Assembly: GCF_009834535.1 (NCBI RefSeq)
Contig: NC_045697.1
Location: 2,358,001-2,422,000 of the forward strand
Direction of reading: 5' to 3'
Length of the DNA: 64,000 bases
From: Camelus ferus
Lineage: Eukaryota
In this document: piece by piece, positions 34,861-47,189 of the stretch
How the letters are laid out: each line of letters begins with the position of its first letter
Position numbering within the stretch: position 1 is the stretch's first letter
Translations under genes and position numbers: made by a program
Notes under the pieces: model-generated
The model's input: only the letters and a program-made list of their open reading frames with translations
Databases searched by the model: none
What the model was told of the DNA's origin: nothing

Positions 34861-37800
34861 GAAGCTGCCTCGTAGCCAGATGCTATTCGCATTACTGGCC
34901 CCACCTCGCTGAGTCCCCAACAAGCCCTCTACACAGATGTTAATCAGCCTCATTTTACGTATGAGAAAAACAAGTCTTCAGGGTTCTTCGTACAGAATCC
35001 ACTCTGAGTTCTTCTGCATCCCTTTTTCTACCATGAACAACCTTGAGATTAAACGTTAAGCCAACAGGGTCAGACGGAGCCCAGGAACAGCACACCTCTG
35101 ACCACGCTGCCTTGTTTCTGATGTAATCCGCCCCGGAACCTCAGCTGCTACATGAGAACCACTGCTTCCTCACCCCCTGGTGATGTGAACAAGGGGCTGG
35201 CTTGGTTTTTCGTTCTGTTGTCTGAGAAAAGATTCCAAGAAATTAAGCCGCTTTTAAAGACCGCCCCACCCAGGATAGAAAATGCCAAAATGTTTGTGGT
35301 CAAAAATAAGTTAGTTACCCGTTTCCTCGAGTGTGCTGCCATCGCAAATCGAACTGGAAGCCAAATCAGTCCTCTTTTAATTGGTTCAAATGAAGCTGTT
35401 ACTCAAAATCGGATTGTTGTTGTTGCTTCCACAAGGATTCAAGTAGGAGGCGAAACAACGCAGTGACTCTCTCGCTCAGTAAGTGCCGGCCCCAGGCCTC
35501 GCGGCCGGGGTGGGGGTGTGGCCTGCCCATCACAGCTGTGGGTGACTTGCAAACGTGCCTGGCATGGCAGGAAGTGACAGTTGATCAACAATGCCCGGCT
35601 TGCCCAGGGCTGTCGTTCTGGGTCTGGTCCCACGGACACATCTCTGTGAGAGATGACCTCAGGCCGATCACTTCAGTGCCCCGAGCAGGGTAGGTGTCCC
35701 TGGGAGGTCTGAGGCTGAGCACGCAGTGTGACATCATCCTCCTCGGGGCCCCGATTGATCTTGGAACTTGACTGAGCTGTGTGACCCCTGAGCCTCAGTT
35801 TCTTTCTCTGGAAAGTGGGCCCATGCCACAGTGTCCACCCTCTTACTTCCCACGGCTTCTGTGGAGAGCCAGTGAGGACCCAGAGACCCTCGTGACAACT
35901 GTACCACCCAGGAGCCGAGGGCCTGTGCTCGGCCAGGCAGTTCCCACAGACTCTTCCCACTGGGCTCTGGGGGCACTGGCCACTGCTGGAGGGGAGGGGC
36001 CTCGGGACCCCTGGGTACAGGGCTGGGGGTGGCAGGTTCACAGGCCCTCATCTCCGGTGGTGGGATCAGCCCCTTGGCAGCTGGGAGGGGCCCTGGACAG
36101 CCTGATGACAGGGGCTCCAGTCCTGTCCCAGGACCGGAGGACAGGAGAGGGTATTCTGGATGGGCCACTGGCCTCTTCCAGGGAGCTCAAAGCATTCAGA
36201 GACCATCTGGATCCATTTTACTGATGGGGAAACTGAGGCTCAGAGAGGATCAAGCACTGGTCTGTGGCTACCCATCCACTCAGGGGAAGAGTCCAGGGGT
36301 GGTCCTCCCAGCTGCCTTTATTGGCTCCCTAAATAATCAGAATTTCACAGAGGCGAGCACAGTGGGGCTTGGAGGGGCAGCCTGCCTGAACTTCACTGTG
36401 CCCTCTGAGTCTGGGGGCGTGAAGCCACAGCAGGAGGATGAGGGCAGAACAGCACAGGAATCTAGGGTCCCACGTCCCAGCCCCCAGACAGTCTCCCCAC
36501 CAGGGGTCGCTGGTCCCCTCCCTCCTACATGCCTCCAGTGACGGGCCCCTTACCGCTTCCCTGAGACAACCCAGTCCTTGTAAGCACTGCCCTGACTTTC
36601 GGGAGTTTTCCATTTAATGGGCTGTCCATCTGGGGAGTTTTCCATTTCAGGGGGAATCTGCCTCCCTGAACTTTCCACCCCAGACCTTAGGATAAATTCC
36701 CAAGGGGATCTCGTGGGCTAGTAGAAAGTCAGCCAAACCTGCACACATCTCCCCCTCCCTCCTCACCTGCTTTCTTTACCCCTGTGTTTGTGTCCACGCG
36801 GTGGCTGGAGCTGGCCTGGAAAGCAGGGCCGAGCCCATGGGGCTACTCCCTACAAAACCACCATGGAGCACGCAGTCTGTCGGGAGACCAGGGTCGTGAC
36901 CTTGGGGAGGAGCTGGCTTGTCTGTCAATGGGCTCAACGCCAGACAGCTGACCAGCAGGAGGGGACAGGTGACCTAGAGGCCTGAGGAAGCCCTGAGCTG
37001 GGGTACCCTGGGCGTCAGAGGTGTGGTCACCTGAGCATCAGAGCTGGGGTTCCCTGGGGGTCAGAGATGGACTCACCAGGAGGCAGAACTGACTACATAA
37101 TTTGCGGGCTTGGCACAAAATACTGATGGGTGGCCCGGGATGGCAGTGGGGAGGCCACCCCTCAAGGAATTGGGACGTCAAAGTTTTGTGTGCTCGGTGC
37201 CTGGATCGGGGCAGGCAGGAGCCAGCTGGGGCAGGGTGACCACACCTTGCCTGCCCTGAGGTGCTGCTGGATGCTGACCCTCCTGGTGTTCCCGTCCAGA
37301 GCCCCTCCAGGGGTGGAGGGTGGCAGGGTGGGGGCGGGGAGCTGGCAGCCTAGAGCCCCTCCTGGGGAGACGAGGGGAGGGGGGCCCACAGCGCGCGGAG
37401 CCTCCGTGATCCCAGCAGATTTCACACACATCAAAGACGATTGTTAAAACTTTCAAGACGGGGCCACAGAGCGTTGAGGCCCCCCGCCCAGCTCAGCCCT
37501 TTGGGGGCCCCCAAGCTCAGGGTCCGGTGGGCCGGCGCTGGTCACACGGTGGGAGCCTTACGGGGCTTTTCTCTGAAGATGACAGAACATCCAGGTCTGA
37601 CACTAGTTCCAGCGAGACTGTCTCAAATGACCCAGATCTGTGAGGTGCCGCAGTCACCTCTGCCTCTGTGCTCTGGCTGAGGTCAGAGCACTCACTCATT
37701 CGTTCATTCGTTCTTTCACTGGCCCACCTGGGCATGCATTTCATTCCTTCAGGAAGCATTGACGCAGCATCCGCTGCACATGTGGGGGAAACGGAACTCC

Positions 37801-37899
37801 AACGAGGGCCTACAAGAATTTAACGCCCTCCTACTATTACTGTTGTCATTATGGCAAAAACAACGTACACTGATGACCTTTTTTCATGATTTAAAAAAA

Positions 37900-38035
37900 T
37901 TTTTTTAAATTTACTTTTTATTTTTGGAGGGAGGAAATTAGGTTTATTTATTTATTTTAATGGAGGCACTGGGGATTGAACTCAGGGCCTTATGCCTGCT
38001 AAGCGGGCGCTCTACCCCTGAGCTGTGTGCCCTCC
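37900..38035 (-). mobile_element. tRNA-derived SINE (camelid Vic-1-like)
   Basis: aattaggtttatttatttattttaatggaggcactggggattgaactcagggccttatgcctgctaagcgggcgctctacccctgagct is the reverse complement of the same SINE head and tail. Confidence 0.85.
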
Positions 38036-38344
38036 GGATCTCTGATAATCATGCCTTTAGAAACATCCATTGAAAGCCCCCAGCCCGTCAGGCACCAGGT
38101 TAGCAAAACAGAGAAACAGCCCTGCCCCATGGAGTCTGCAGCCTCTGGGGAGGACAGGCAGTGGCCACAAACCCACACGAGCGAATGAAACGTTGCAAAC
38201 TGTGGTGTGCTGTGTGCCAGCGCCCTGACCCTGGGGCGAGTGGAGGGGCGGGGGAGGCGAGCAGAGCAGCCTCCCCTCGGCATGTCCACTTGGGCCACAG
38301 TCTCATCTGTAGCTGGGCAGCTGGAGCAGGGGCTCTGGGTTAAC

Positions 38345-38720
38345 CCTGAGTCGGCGTCCCGGGGCCTCGTAGCGCAGTACCGCAGACGAGGGCCCGCACA
38401 GCTGAGCTGCGCTCCTCCCCGGCCTGGAGGCTGCCAGTCTGAGCTCAAGGGGTCCGCGGGGCGGGCTTCTCCCGAGGCCTCTCTCCTGGGCTGTAGATGG
38501 CCATCTTCTCCTTGGGTCCTCACATGGTTGTCCCTCTCTGTGCCCTGAACTCCTCTTCGTATCAGGACACCAGGCAGATCAGTGGGGCTCACCCTGAAGA
38601 GCTCGTCTTACCTTAACTACCTCTGGCAAGGCCTCCTCTCCAGAGGCAGTCATGTTCTGAGGGGCTGGGGGCTGGGGCTTCAACATATGAACTTGGGGGG
38701 ATGCAGCTCAGCCTGTGACA
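38345..38720 (-). mobile_element. MLT1B-like solo LTR
   Basis: gaggcctctctcctgggctgtagatggccatcttctcc...cctcacatggttgtccctct...aggacaccag...ggcttcaacatatgaacttgggggg. Confidence 0.8.
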
Positions 38721-39004
38721 CCTCCTGTGACCACATCCAGGCCGCACACATGGCCACGTGTCCTCGCTCTCCTGGCTGGTTTTCCCGACTTGAGCCCAAG
38801 GACCGTTTAGCGCCTGTGTCACGGGATCCACAGAAAGTTCTGGAAGAATGCCTGGTGCTCGGTCAGCCCCCAGCGGGGCCTGGGCTCCCTGGACGGCTGC
38901 TCTCAGCCCACACAGCAGCCTGAGGGGGTCGGGAGGGGGCTCAGGAACTGACCCCTCTGTGTGGAGCTGGACTCTCCAGCCCGCCACCTCTGTGACCCCT
39001 GGGC

Positions 39005-39325
39005 AATTAAAAAAATGTTTACAACAGCTTTATTCATGATGGTCAAAAGACTGGAAACAATTCAAAAATCCACCCGCTGGATAAATATACCGTGTAAGTG
39101 GATAAATAAACTGTGGTGCATCCAAGCAGCGGAAAACCATTCAGAGGGACCAAGGAGCGAGCCAGGACATCTCAAACGCACTGCGTAAGTGAAGGAAGCC
39201 ACACTCAAAGGCCACATGCTCTAGGGCTCCATTTACATGAGTTTTTAAGAACAGACTTTAAATTTTAGAGCAGTTTTAGGTTCACAGCACAACTGAGCAG
39301 ACAGTACAGAGAGTTCCCACATGCC
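39005..39325. mobile_element. L1M fragments: + strand ORF2 end/3'UTR piece, then a short - strand L1MC-like terminus
   Basis: acagctttattcatgatggtcaaaagactggaaacaa...ggataaataaactgtgg...aagtgaaggaagcca, then ttttagagcagttttaggttcacagca. Confidence 0.65.
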
Positions 39326-41854
39326 CCTTGGGCATCAAGTGCTGGTTGCCCACCTGTCAGTGGAGGTGCGGATGTGGCTCCAGCAGGGAGGCTGGGACCT
39401 GACCAGGTCTGGGTGGGAGAGAGCGGTGCAAAGTGGCCAGCGCCCTGCCTGGGGCGAGGATGATCCTGTGGATGGGCACGTAGTGGAGGAGGCTGGCTGG
39501 CTGGCCCACAGGGCTCGCGCATGGTGGGAGAGACTGGCTCCTGAGGGTTCTGGAAAGGTGCCCCACCCCGGCCAGCTTGCTCAGAGCCAAGGAGGAGGGA
39601 AGGACCCTCCAGGCCTCTCTGGACTCCTGCAGGCCCGTCATTTGCTGTAATGATGGAAAACTACCAGCTTGTCCTTGAGGCTCCAGCGAGAGCCGGGCTC
39701 TTATCTCCCATCAGCGAGTGAGGCGGGGAGACTCCGCTGCGGGGCAGAAGCCAGGAGAGCTAGCGGGAAGGTGGGGCCCTTTCTGCTCCTGGGGAGCCAG
39801 GATGGGGCTGCTGCACATGTCCCCCGGTGCCGCCACCATCCATAAGGGCTAGTCTCTTTCTGGTCCCCACCCAGCTCGGCTGGGGACAGAGGCCAGGGGC
39901 ATGGGGCGGCCTATACTCAGGGATGGGGCTCAAGCCCTGACTGTCACCTCCTGCTGTGTGACCTCAGTACCTTCCTTCAGCTCTCTGAATGAGGCTCTCC
40001 AACAGGGGTGTTTCTTCAGCTCCAACCACCTGCTGGCGGCACAGGGACCAACCACACCCCCAGGACCCAGAGAGGCTGACTTGAGCAAATGGGGGCTGGC
40101 ACAGGATGCTTGATGCTGAAGTTGGGGTTGGAACCCGATGGCAGGGCTGGTGGTCCTGTGTAAGGGGTGCCAGGATCCCTGCCCCTGGGGGTGACCTGCT
40201 CAGGAAGCAGGAGGCGCCCCTTCCCTGGCTCCCCCGTCTCCCAGGTCCCAGCTGGGCTGCTGACTCACTTGGGCTTCTGACTTGGGGGTCCCACAATTCC
40301 ACATCCCCAAGTCGCATTTTGCCTGTGGCTCAGAGTTGGGACTCAGTGATGGGGTTTCTCAGGCACAGGGGGAGCTCAGGGATGAGGGACTGGTGACACT
40401 GATGCTTCCAGGGGCCACACTGGGACCTGGTGGACACGTGGCTGACTGCCAGCTGGGAAACAAGATTTCTGTATGAGCCGTGACTCAGCCAGCGTTTTCT
40501 GCAGGTCTCTGGTGCTCGTAGGGTGGGGGTGGGGTTGAGGAGAGAGCGTTAGAAGGGGAGTGGTGGGGGGCAAAACAGCAGCCCCTCCCCAGAGACCAGG
40601 GTAAAACCCATTCAAAACATCACCCACAGTCAGACAAACACTGCGGGGGGGGGGGGGGCACAGCTGCATCCAAGTGTGAATATCACCAGGTCTGTGTCTC
40701 CTCATCCCCTCTCTGCTAGTCTGCTTTCTCCTCAGTGTCCCCCCACGCCCCACCTGGTGGCGGGACGTCCTCCCAGCTCAGCAGCCCCAGGAGGCTGGGT
40801 CCTAGGTCAGATCCCACGCACAGCCTGGAAGCCAGGGAGGGGACCAGCCCACCTGACCGCATGGACAGAAGGTGGGGATGGGGAAGATTCTGCCCAGAAA
40901 TGTCAGGTGTCTGGCCAGGAGGCCCTCGGGCAGCGCGTGGACGTGAGGCGGGCCTGGGGTGGGGGCCCTGCTTGGCCACTTTCTCCCTAAAGCCCCCCGG
41001 CCCGTGGGCAGCGGCAGGCTGTCTAGGCCGCTGCTGCACAGGCCTCAGATGTCCCGCAGGAGCTCCCTTCCTGCTCCCCCAGCCCACGCACCCCTCGAGG
41101 GCAGGGGTCTGCGCCCCTGGGAGTTCTTCCTCACGTGATGAAAGGCCCGGCCGGCCTCTGGTCTGTCTTTGCACCTGCTTTGCCTGGAGAAAGTTCCTCC
41201 TTAGACCACACTGGTGGGTCCCGGGTGACAGGGCTGCCACCGATGCAGGACCTGATCCCCGTCCTGGAGGGACACGCCTCAGGGCTGGGCCCCTCGCCTC
41301 AGCTCCCCACGCTGATTCTCTCTGCACCGAGGCCAAGACTGCTTGTCCCTGGGTCAGGGCTAGAGCTGCTGGAGGCTGGGCCCCCGGCTGCGCAGGTGGG
41401 GCCCCACAAAGTCCCACACAGTCCCCCACAGTCCCTGTCTGGGAAGCTCCAGACCCTGACACGGGCCCCCACTGCACTGCTAACCCCAGTTCCTCCCAGG
41501 GACAGACCCCAGCCGGGAGGAGCGGGTGCCGTGTCAGAGCCCGGCATCCTGGCGGGGCCACCAGGCAGCAGCGGGAACGGTCCCCTCCCCTGCTTCTGAC
41601 GGAGGGAGACTGCGTCCCGCGCAGCCCTGAAATGTCCTCCCTGCCGTGTCCCCCGCGCGGACACGTGGCTTCTCCTGCTCAGGGGGCGGTCCCCGGACAG
41701 CCACCACCGCACAAAGGCACGAGTTGGTCCCCAGCAAACGGTCTTCGCTTAATCCCTGTGCGAAGGCGCTGGGGCCGATGCCTGCGGTCTCCTTGGGGCG
41801 GATCTCGGGCTTAGCGGCCACGCTTCTGAGGACCCCGGCGCGCCCAGCATTGAC

Positions 41855-42070
41855 TTTCAAGTGTGGTAAAATCCACCTGGCGCGTAATGTCCCATCGTAG
41901 CCATCTGTAAGTGGCAGTTCCGTGGCATTAAGGGCGTTCACATTGCTGTGCAGCCGTCACCACATCCATCCCCAAAACCGTTTTCATCTGGTAAAGCTGA
42001 AGCCCTGTCCCCTTCCCCGCGGTGCCCGGTACCACCTGACGACCTCCGTCTGTCTGATTTGACTGTTCTA
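41855..42070 (-). mobile_element. L1MB-type 3' end fragment
   Basis: gtggtaaaat...gtggcattaagggcgttcacattgctgtgcagccgtcaccac...ttttcatct...ctgatttgactgttcta. Confidence 0.7.
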
Positions 42071-45000
42071 AGCCTGGGCCTGTGCTGTGCTTGCTGTTCC
42101 CAGCCCAGGAGGAGAGCTCCGGGAAGCCAAGTCTGTGCGGGTCCGAACGTCGCAGCTGTTCCCGCAGCGCCCCCGGCAGGTGGTTTCCAGGCCCTCCTGC
42201 TCACCTCCCGTGACGGGGAGCTCCCCTCATCCGGGCATGGCCCATCACTGAGACTCCGAAGGAGAGGGGGACCCAGAGGGTCACATCCACTTGCCCCCTC
42301 CCGTCTCCTCCGGGATCCAGCCAGCGTTTCCTGAGCACTTGTGACGTGCCAGGCCCTGACCAGGCCTGGGGGCCGCAGGCTCAAGGCAGCTCCTTGCGAG
42401 GAGGGGTCTGGCCTGCTGCCACGAGCGGGCACACCCGGAGAGAAGGACCAGTGATAAAAGATGAGTAAATGAAAGAGTGAGCGAGTGAGCGAGAGACACC
42501 TCAGGGTTCTAGTTAGGGGAGGGCCAGCTTCCGGCCGAGCTCCCTCCCCCCCCCCCCGCCCCATTTCCTCATTTCTACTGGCCTCTTCCCAGCAGGACCA
42601 GGACGTCCTGAGCCTCTGCTACTCCAGGGAGTCAGGCCCTCGGGAGTGTGGAGAGGCTTGATGGGGCGACCAGGGTGCGAGCCCCGCGGTGTCCGGATTC
42701 GCTGTGCGCTCGCCTCTGCAGCTCAGGGAGGGAGTCGGGCAGAGGCATGCAGCTCCCCCACGAAGACTGGGGAAATGATGGGGGGGTCGGTGCGTTATCA
42801 GTGACACCGCAGGACGCGGGCACGTGAGGACAATGTGTTGGGATGAGGAGGGAACGTCTGGGGCAGGCGGCCCCTTGGGATGGCACGGGCCCGATGTTGG
42901 CCTGCAGGTCCCTGGGGTGGGCCGGGGTGGCAGTGCCACCTCTCCCGGCTCCCCTGATGCAGCTCAGAAACGAACAATAAATGCCTTTGTGTTCCCTTTC
43001 CAACCCAGACAAAATCAATAAATTCTGGAAACATGAGAACAGCTGACCTTTGAGATTTCTAGCAAAACTTCAGAGTTTGGTTTGGGCGCAGACTCAGGGC
43101 TGAGGGCCAAGCCTGGAGGTGCTGGGAAGCCCCCCGTGCACAGGCCCCCACGCCGGGGTCCGACAGAGGCTGGGGGTGAGACCAGACCCACACCGGCCTC
43201 TGAGGCAGGCCCGGCTGAAGGCAGGCCCAGGCCAGCTGTGTGGGTGAGCCCACGGAGAGTGGGCTGGGCTGTGGCTTCCAGATTGCAGTGGTACCGTGGC
43301 TCTCTCTCTGCTCCAGGGTCCCCAGCAGCTCAGGCGGGCAGCAGCATCGCTTCACACCCAGGGAAACTGAGGCCCAGAGCAGGGAGGGTCTGGGGCCTGC
43401 TGCCTGGTCCACTCCGCCCACCTGGACCCCATCCCAGCTTCTCGCCTTGGGCTCCCTGCTGGAACGCAGGTCACTGTGGACCCGTGGGCCGTGGCCTTGT
43501 CCCAGGGTCCTGGTTCAGTCACTGACTTCTCTCCCCCGTGCTCCAGGCCACGCTGGGGACTGGGAGCTGCTGCGGCCCCTCGCTCTGGGAGCTCGCGGAG
43601 TCCAGGAGAGGCAGAGGCAGAAACAAGTCCCAGAGCCGAGGTGGGGAAGCAGGGTCCTGCGGGGCCAAAGAGGGGCCCGGGGGCAGCAGCCCAGCCGGGG
43701 GGGAAATGGCCCCGCAGGGAAACCGCACACTCAAGGTCCGCTGGCCCCCCACCGGACAGCACACTCATCATGGGGGCCTGGGCAGCTGGAGGTTGGCTGG
43801 GGGTCTGCCAGCCTTCCTAGAAATGGCGGCGTTTGGCCTGAGTTTTAGGAAACATGTAAACTGCCTCTGGGACAGACTGGTCTGCCGTGCTGCTTGGTCT
43901 CCCGGGAGGGGCCCCTGGGGAGCCCCGGAGAGCACGCCCACCAGCGTGGCCGTGCCCGCGGTGGGCACTCAGTGCTGGGCAGGCTGGGTCAGGGCGGGGA
44001 GCGGGGAGGGCCGCACCGCAGGAACCGCAGAGCCACCCCCACCCCTCAGCAGGCCCGGGCGCTCCCCACTAAACTCCCCAGTGGTGTCTGACCCGGAGTT
44101 TGCCTCTTCCCCGCTTGCCGGCTCCTCCTGCAGAGTGTCCTGTCCTCTGGGACCCTCCCTACACAAGGGCCCCACACCCTCTCCCCAGTGACCCCCGGGT
44201 GCACACCCCCCGCCTTCTGGGGATCTCTCCTGGGTATCAGGCCCGCATCCTGATGGGTTAGGTCCCAGACGTAACTCTTGGTTCCCCCGAACAACTGTGG
44301 CCCAGCACATGGAGTCTCCGGCCCCCGGTCTCCTGTAACCTCTCTTCCCCCGACAGCCCTCGCGTCCAGCCCCTGGTCCTACTAGTGGCTTGAAGGGACA
44401 GTGCAGAGATTTGCTGATGGGTTGGCTGCAGGTTTGAGAGCAGCGTGGACGAGTCTCGTGGCAGAAATGCTGGCAGGTGGGGCCGAGGGGACGGCTGCAG
44501 GAGGGACGCAGACGGGGGAGGGGTTCATCTGCCACTCTGAGCAGAAGGTGCCCCCTAGATGTGCAAAGTTAGTGTGATTAATATGCTGGAAGGGGTGGGC
44601 TGGATGTGCACGTGTGGGAGCCGCAGGCATGGCAGGGAGCAGGGGTCCTGGGATCGGGGGGTCCCTGCATGGACACAGGGCAGCGCCAGGCACTACACCT
44701 TGGGACTCAGCCAGACAGTGACCCAGAGGACCCCTGGGAGCACTGCGCGCTGGTGGCTGCATGAGCCTGTGAGATGGACACTGTTGACCAGTGTGGACAC
44801 AGGGGCCTGGAGACTGCATGTGCCTGCTCACTGTCACCAAGGGAGGGGTCCCAGCCCCCCAGACTTCCCCCCACCCTTCACAGGAGCTGCATGTACACAG
44901 AGGGGACCCCAAACATGCTGGCCAATTACATAGGATGAAAGGAGAACCCCCTCTCCCCGCTAGAAAGTGGGGTGAAATGTGGCAGCATGGCTGGTGGGCC

Positions 45001-45782
45001 GTCCACCGCAGCTCAGTCGCTGCCCCTTTTGGCCTCAAGGTCTCAGAAAAGGCCTTCCTGAAGGGCGCCCCGGCACTGCCCTCACCAGGCCCGGGCTGGG
45101 CTCAGCTGGCCGTCCGGGGCGGCTCTTTCTTGGCTCTTTCCAGCCTCTCCAGTTTGAACCGGAAATGAGATTGTTGCGGGACACTCAGGATGGCAGCGGT
45201 GAACTCCAGCTCAGATGAGGTCTGAATGCACGTGTGCATGTGTGCGGGTGCATGCGGGTGTGTGAGGTGCGAGTACCCGTGCACACGCGGGGCCCTACCA
45301 CGTGTGTGTGCGGGGTCCTGGTGGGCATGCCTGTGAATGCAGATGTCCGTTTTAATATATTCATATAAATAAAGTGTTTCCTTAGGTTACAGAGCCAGAG
45401 GCAAGCTGCAGGCAGCATTTTAAGTTTCTCTTTTCTCAAAAAGACCAAAACAAAACTGCAGAGTGCTGGCGTCGGCAAAATGGAGCCCTGATTGCTACAG
45501 AGATCTCATTAACTCCCTCCGCCGGCCAGCGCGGGCTGTCCTGATGTTCCCCGAGGGTCAGGCCACGAGCGTCCACGGGCACCGCGGGCCCTCCTCTCCC
45601 CTGCATTTTGATGAGCTTTTTTGTTTGTTTGTTTGGTTTACAGATAAGCAGTCTCAGACCAGCCCCTCTACTGAGACCAGCTGGGCCAGCGCCACCTCTG
45701 GGGGGGAGAAGAGGCAGAGAAAGCCGTTCCCTTTGTCCCTGACTTTCCATAGCAGTACAGGCGGGTTAAAATTAGTGTCAGA

Positions 45783-45903
45783 GGGGGAGGAGATGGCTCA
45801 GCGGTAGAGCGCGTGCTTCGCGTGCATGAGGTCCTGGGTTCAATCCCCGGTACCTACTTCTATTTTAAAAACTGTAAAAAAATATAAAGTAAAATAAAAA
45901 ATT
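45783..45903 (+). mobile_element. tRNA-derived SINE (camelid Vic-1-like)
   Basis: gggggaggagatggctcagcggtagagcgcgtgcttcgcgtgcatgaggtcctgggttcaatccccggtacct plus an A-rich tail. A box and B box present. TSD aaattagtgtca (45769-45780) / aaattaatgtca (45904-45915). Confidence 0.9.
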
Positions 45904-47189
45904 AAATTAATGTCACAGGCAGCCGTGATGAAAGAGAAGTTAGGTCGGGGGTGTTCGAGAGGTTTCCAATTCCATGCCAGGGAACCTGAGGCTGCATCTG
46001 GGGGTCTGCAGGGAAGATGATCATAGTCTACTAGTGATGTCTGCCAAGGGCAGGGGCAGGAAGTGGTGGCATGGAGGCTGTGTGTTGAGCAAGGCAGAGC
46101 TGGACATCGTGGGTGTGGCTATGAGGAGCTAGGGCTGCCCTGGATCCCGGTGACACCCCACAGGTTTCACAGTTAGTAGAGCTCTCCTGGCATCCCATGC
46201 CTCAGTGCCTTTACACACACTGCTCCCTCACTCTGCTGACCTCACTCATCCTTCGCCGTTCAGCTCAAGTGAGTCTTGTGCCACCGCCTCGAACACTGTG
46301 TCCCAGGCAGACACCAGACCCCTGGCTCCCATTGCTCTGTCTCCACTGTGTCTGCCCCACACCCTGCTGGACGGGGGCCATACTGGCACATTTCGGTGCT
46401 CAGTGCCCACCAAGGAGTCTGGACAAAGAGAGCTGGTGGGATAAATAGAACCGGGCAGCATGTCCTCTTGGACCCCCCATTCCCACAACAAGGAGATGTT
46501 CTGGGCTGGAGCTGGCCTGGAAACGGGAGCGGGGCCTCTGCACCATCCACACCAACCGTTCAGATCTTTGGCTTCAGAGGGACAGGGGAAAAGTTGGCAC
46601 GTGCTCCAGGTCCCTGTAAGTTCCTTTTATCCCAAATCAGCCTGTCCAGGATTGTCAGCGTGTCCTGGGCCACCCCCACCCCACCCTTTGCCTGGTCTTG
46701 CCCTGCCCCAGGCCCGGCAGAGCAGAGCTGTGTCCCTTTCCTGCTGGGTACCACCTCCAGGTTTGCACGCAGCGCTCTGTACGTCCTCTACTCCGAGGAA
46801 CATGACTCCGCAATACCCGCCAGAAAGGAGCCGGTGCGGTGCAAGCCTCCTCACAGCAACTACCCTGACCAGCCGACAGGAGCAGAGAGGCCCTCCAGGC
46901 AGGGCAGCTGTCAACCACGTGGGGGCTGTGGCGGCACCTCCTCACCTGCCCCCGTCTCCTCCAAGCTAAGTAAAAGGGGGTCTAAGGCAGTCCCTGGTAG
47001 CTCTCTTGTGGGGGGTGCCTGGGTGAACAGGAGACGGGACCCTCACTCCCTCGCGGGCCAGGCACCAGCAGGTGCCCGCAACAGCTGGACCAAGGTATCC
47101 CAAATTGCTGAGTTATTTTTAACCATGAAAACAAAACCCAATGTCAGACGAGGTAGATTTCACAGGAAAGAATGTTCTCAGGGACGAAA

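Noticed and set aside
40735..41814. 359-aa ORF, and the many other 60-300 aa ORFs across the window
   Set aside because: Pro/Gly/Arg/Ala composition of random GC-rich DNA, overlapping in several frames, with no family resemblance or exon structure.
45783..45855. tRNA-Ala-like sequence
   Set aside because: It has an A-rich tail, a TSD and four diverged relatives in the window, and no proper acceptor stem. It is a SINE, not a tRNA gene.
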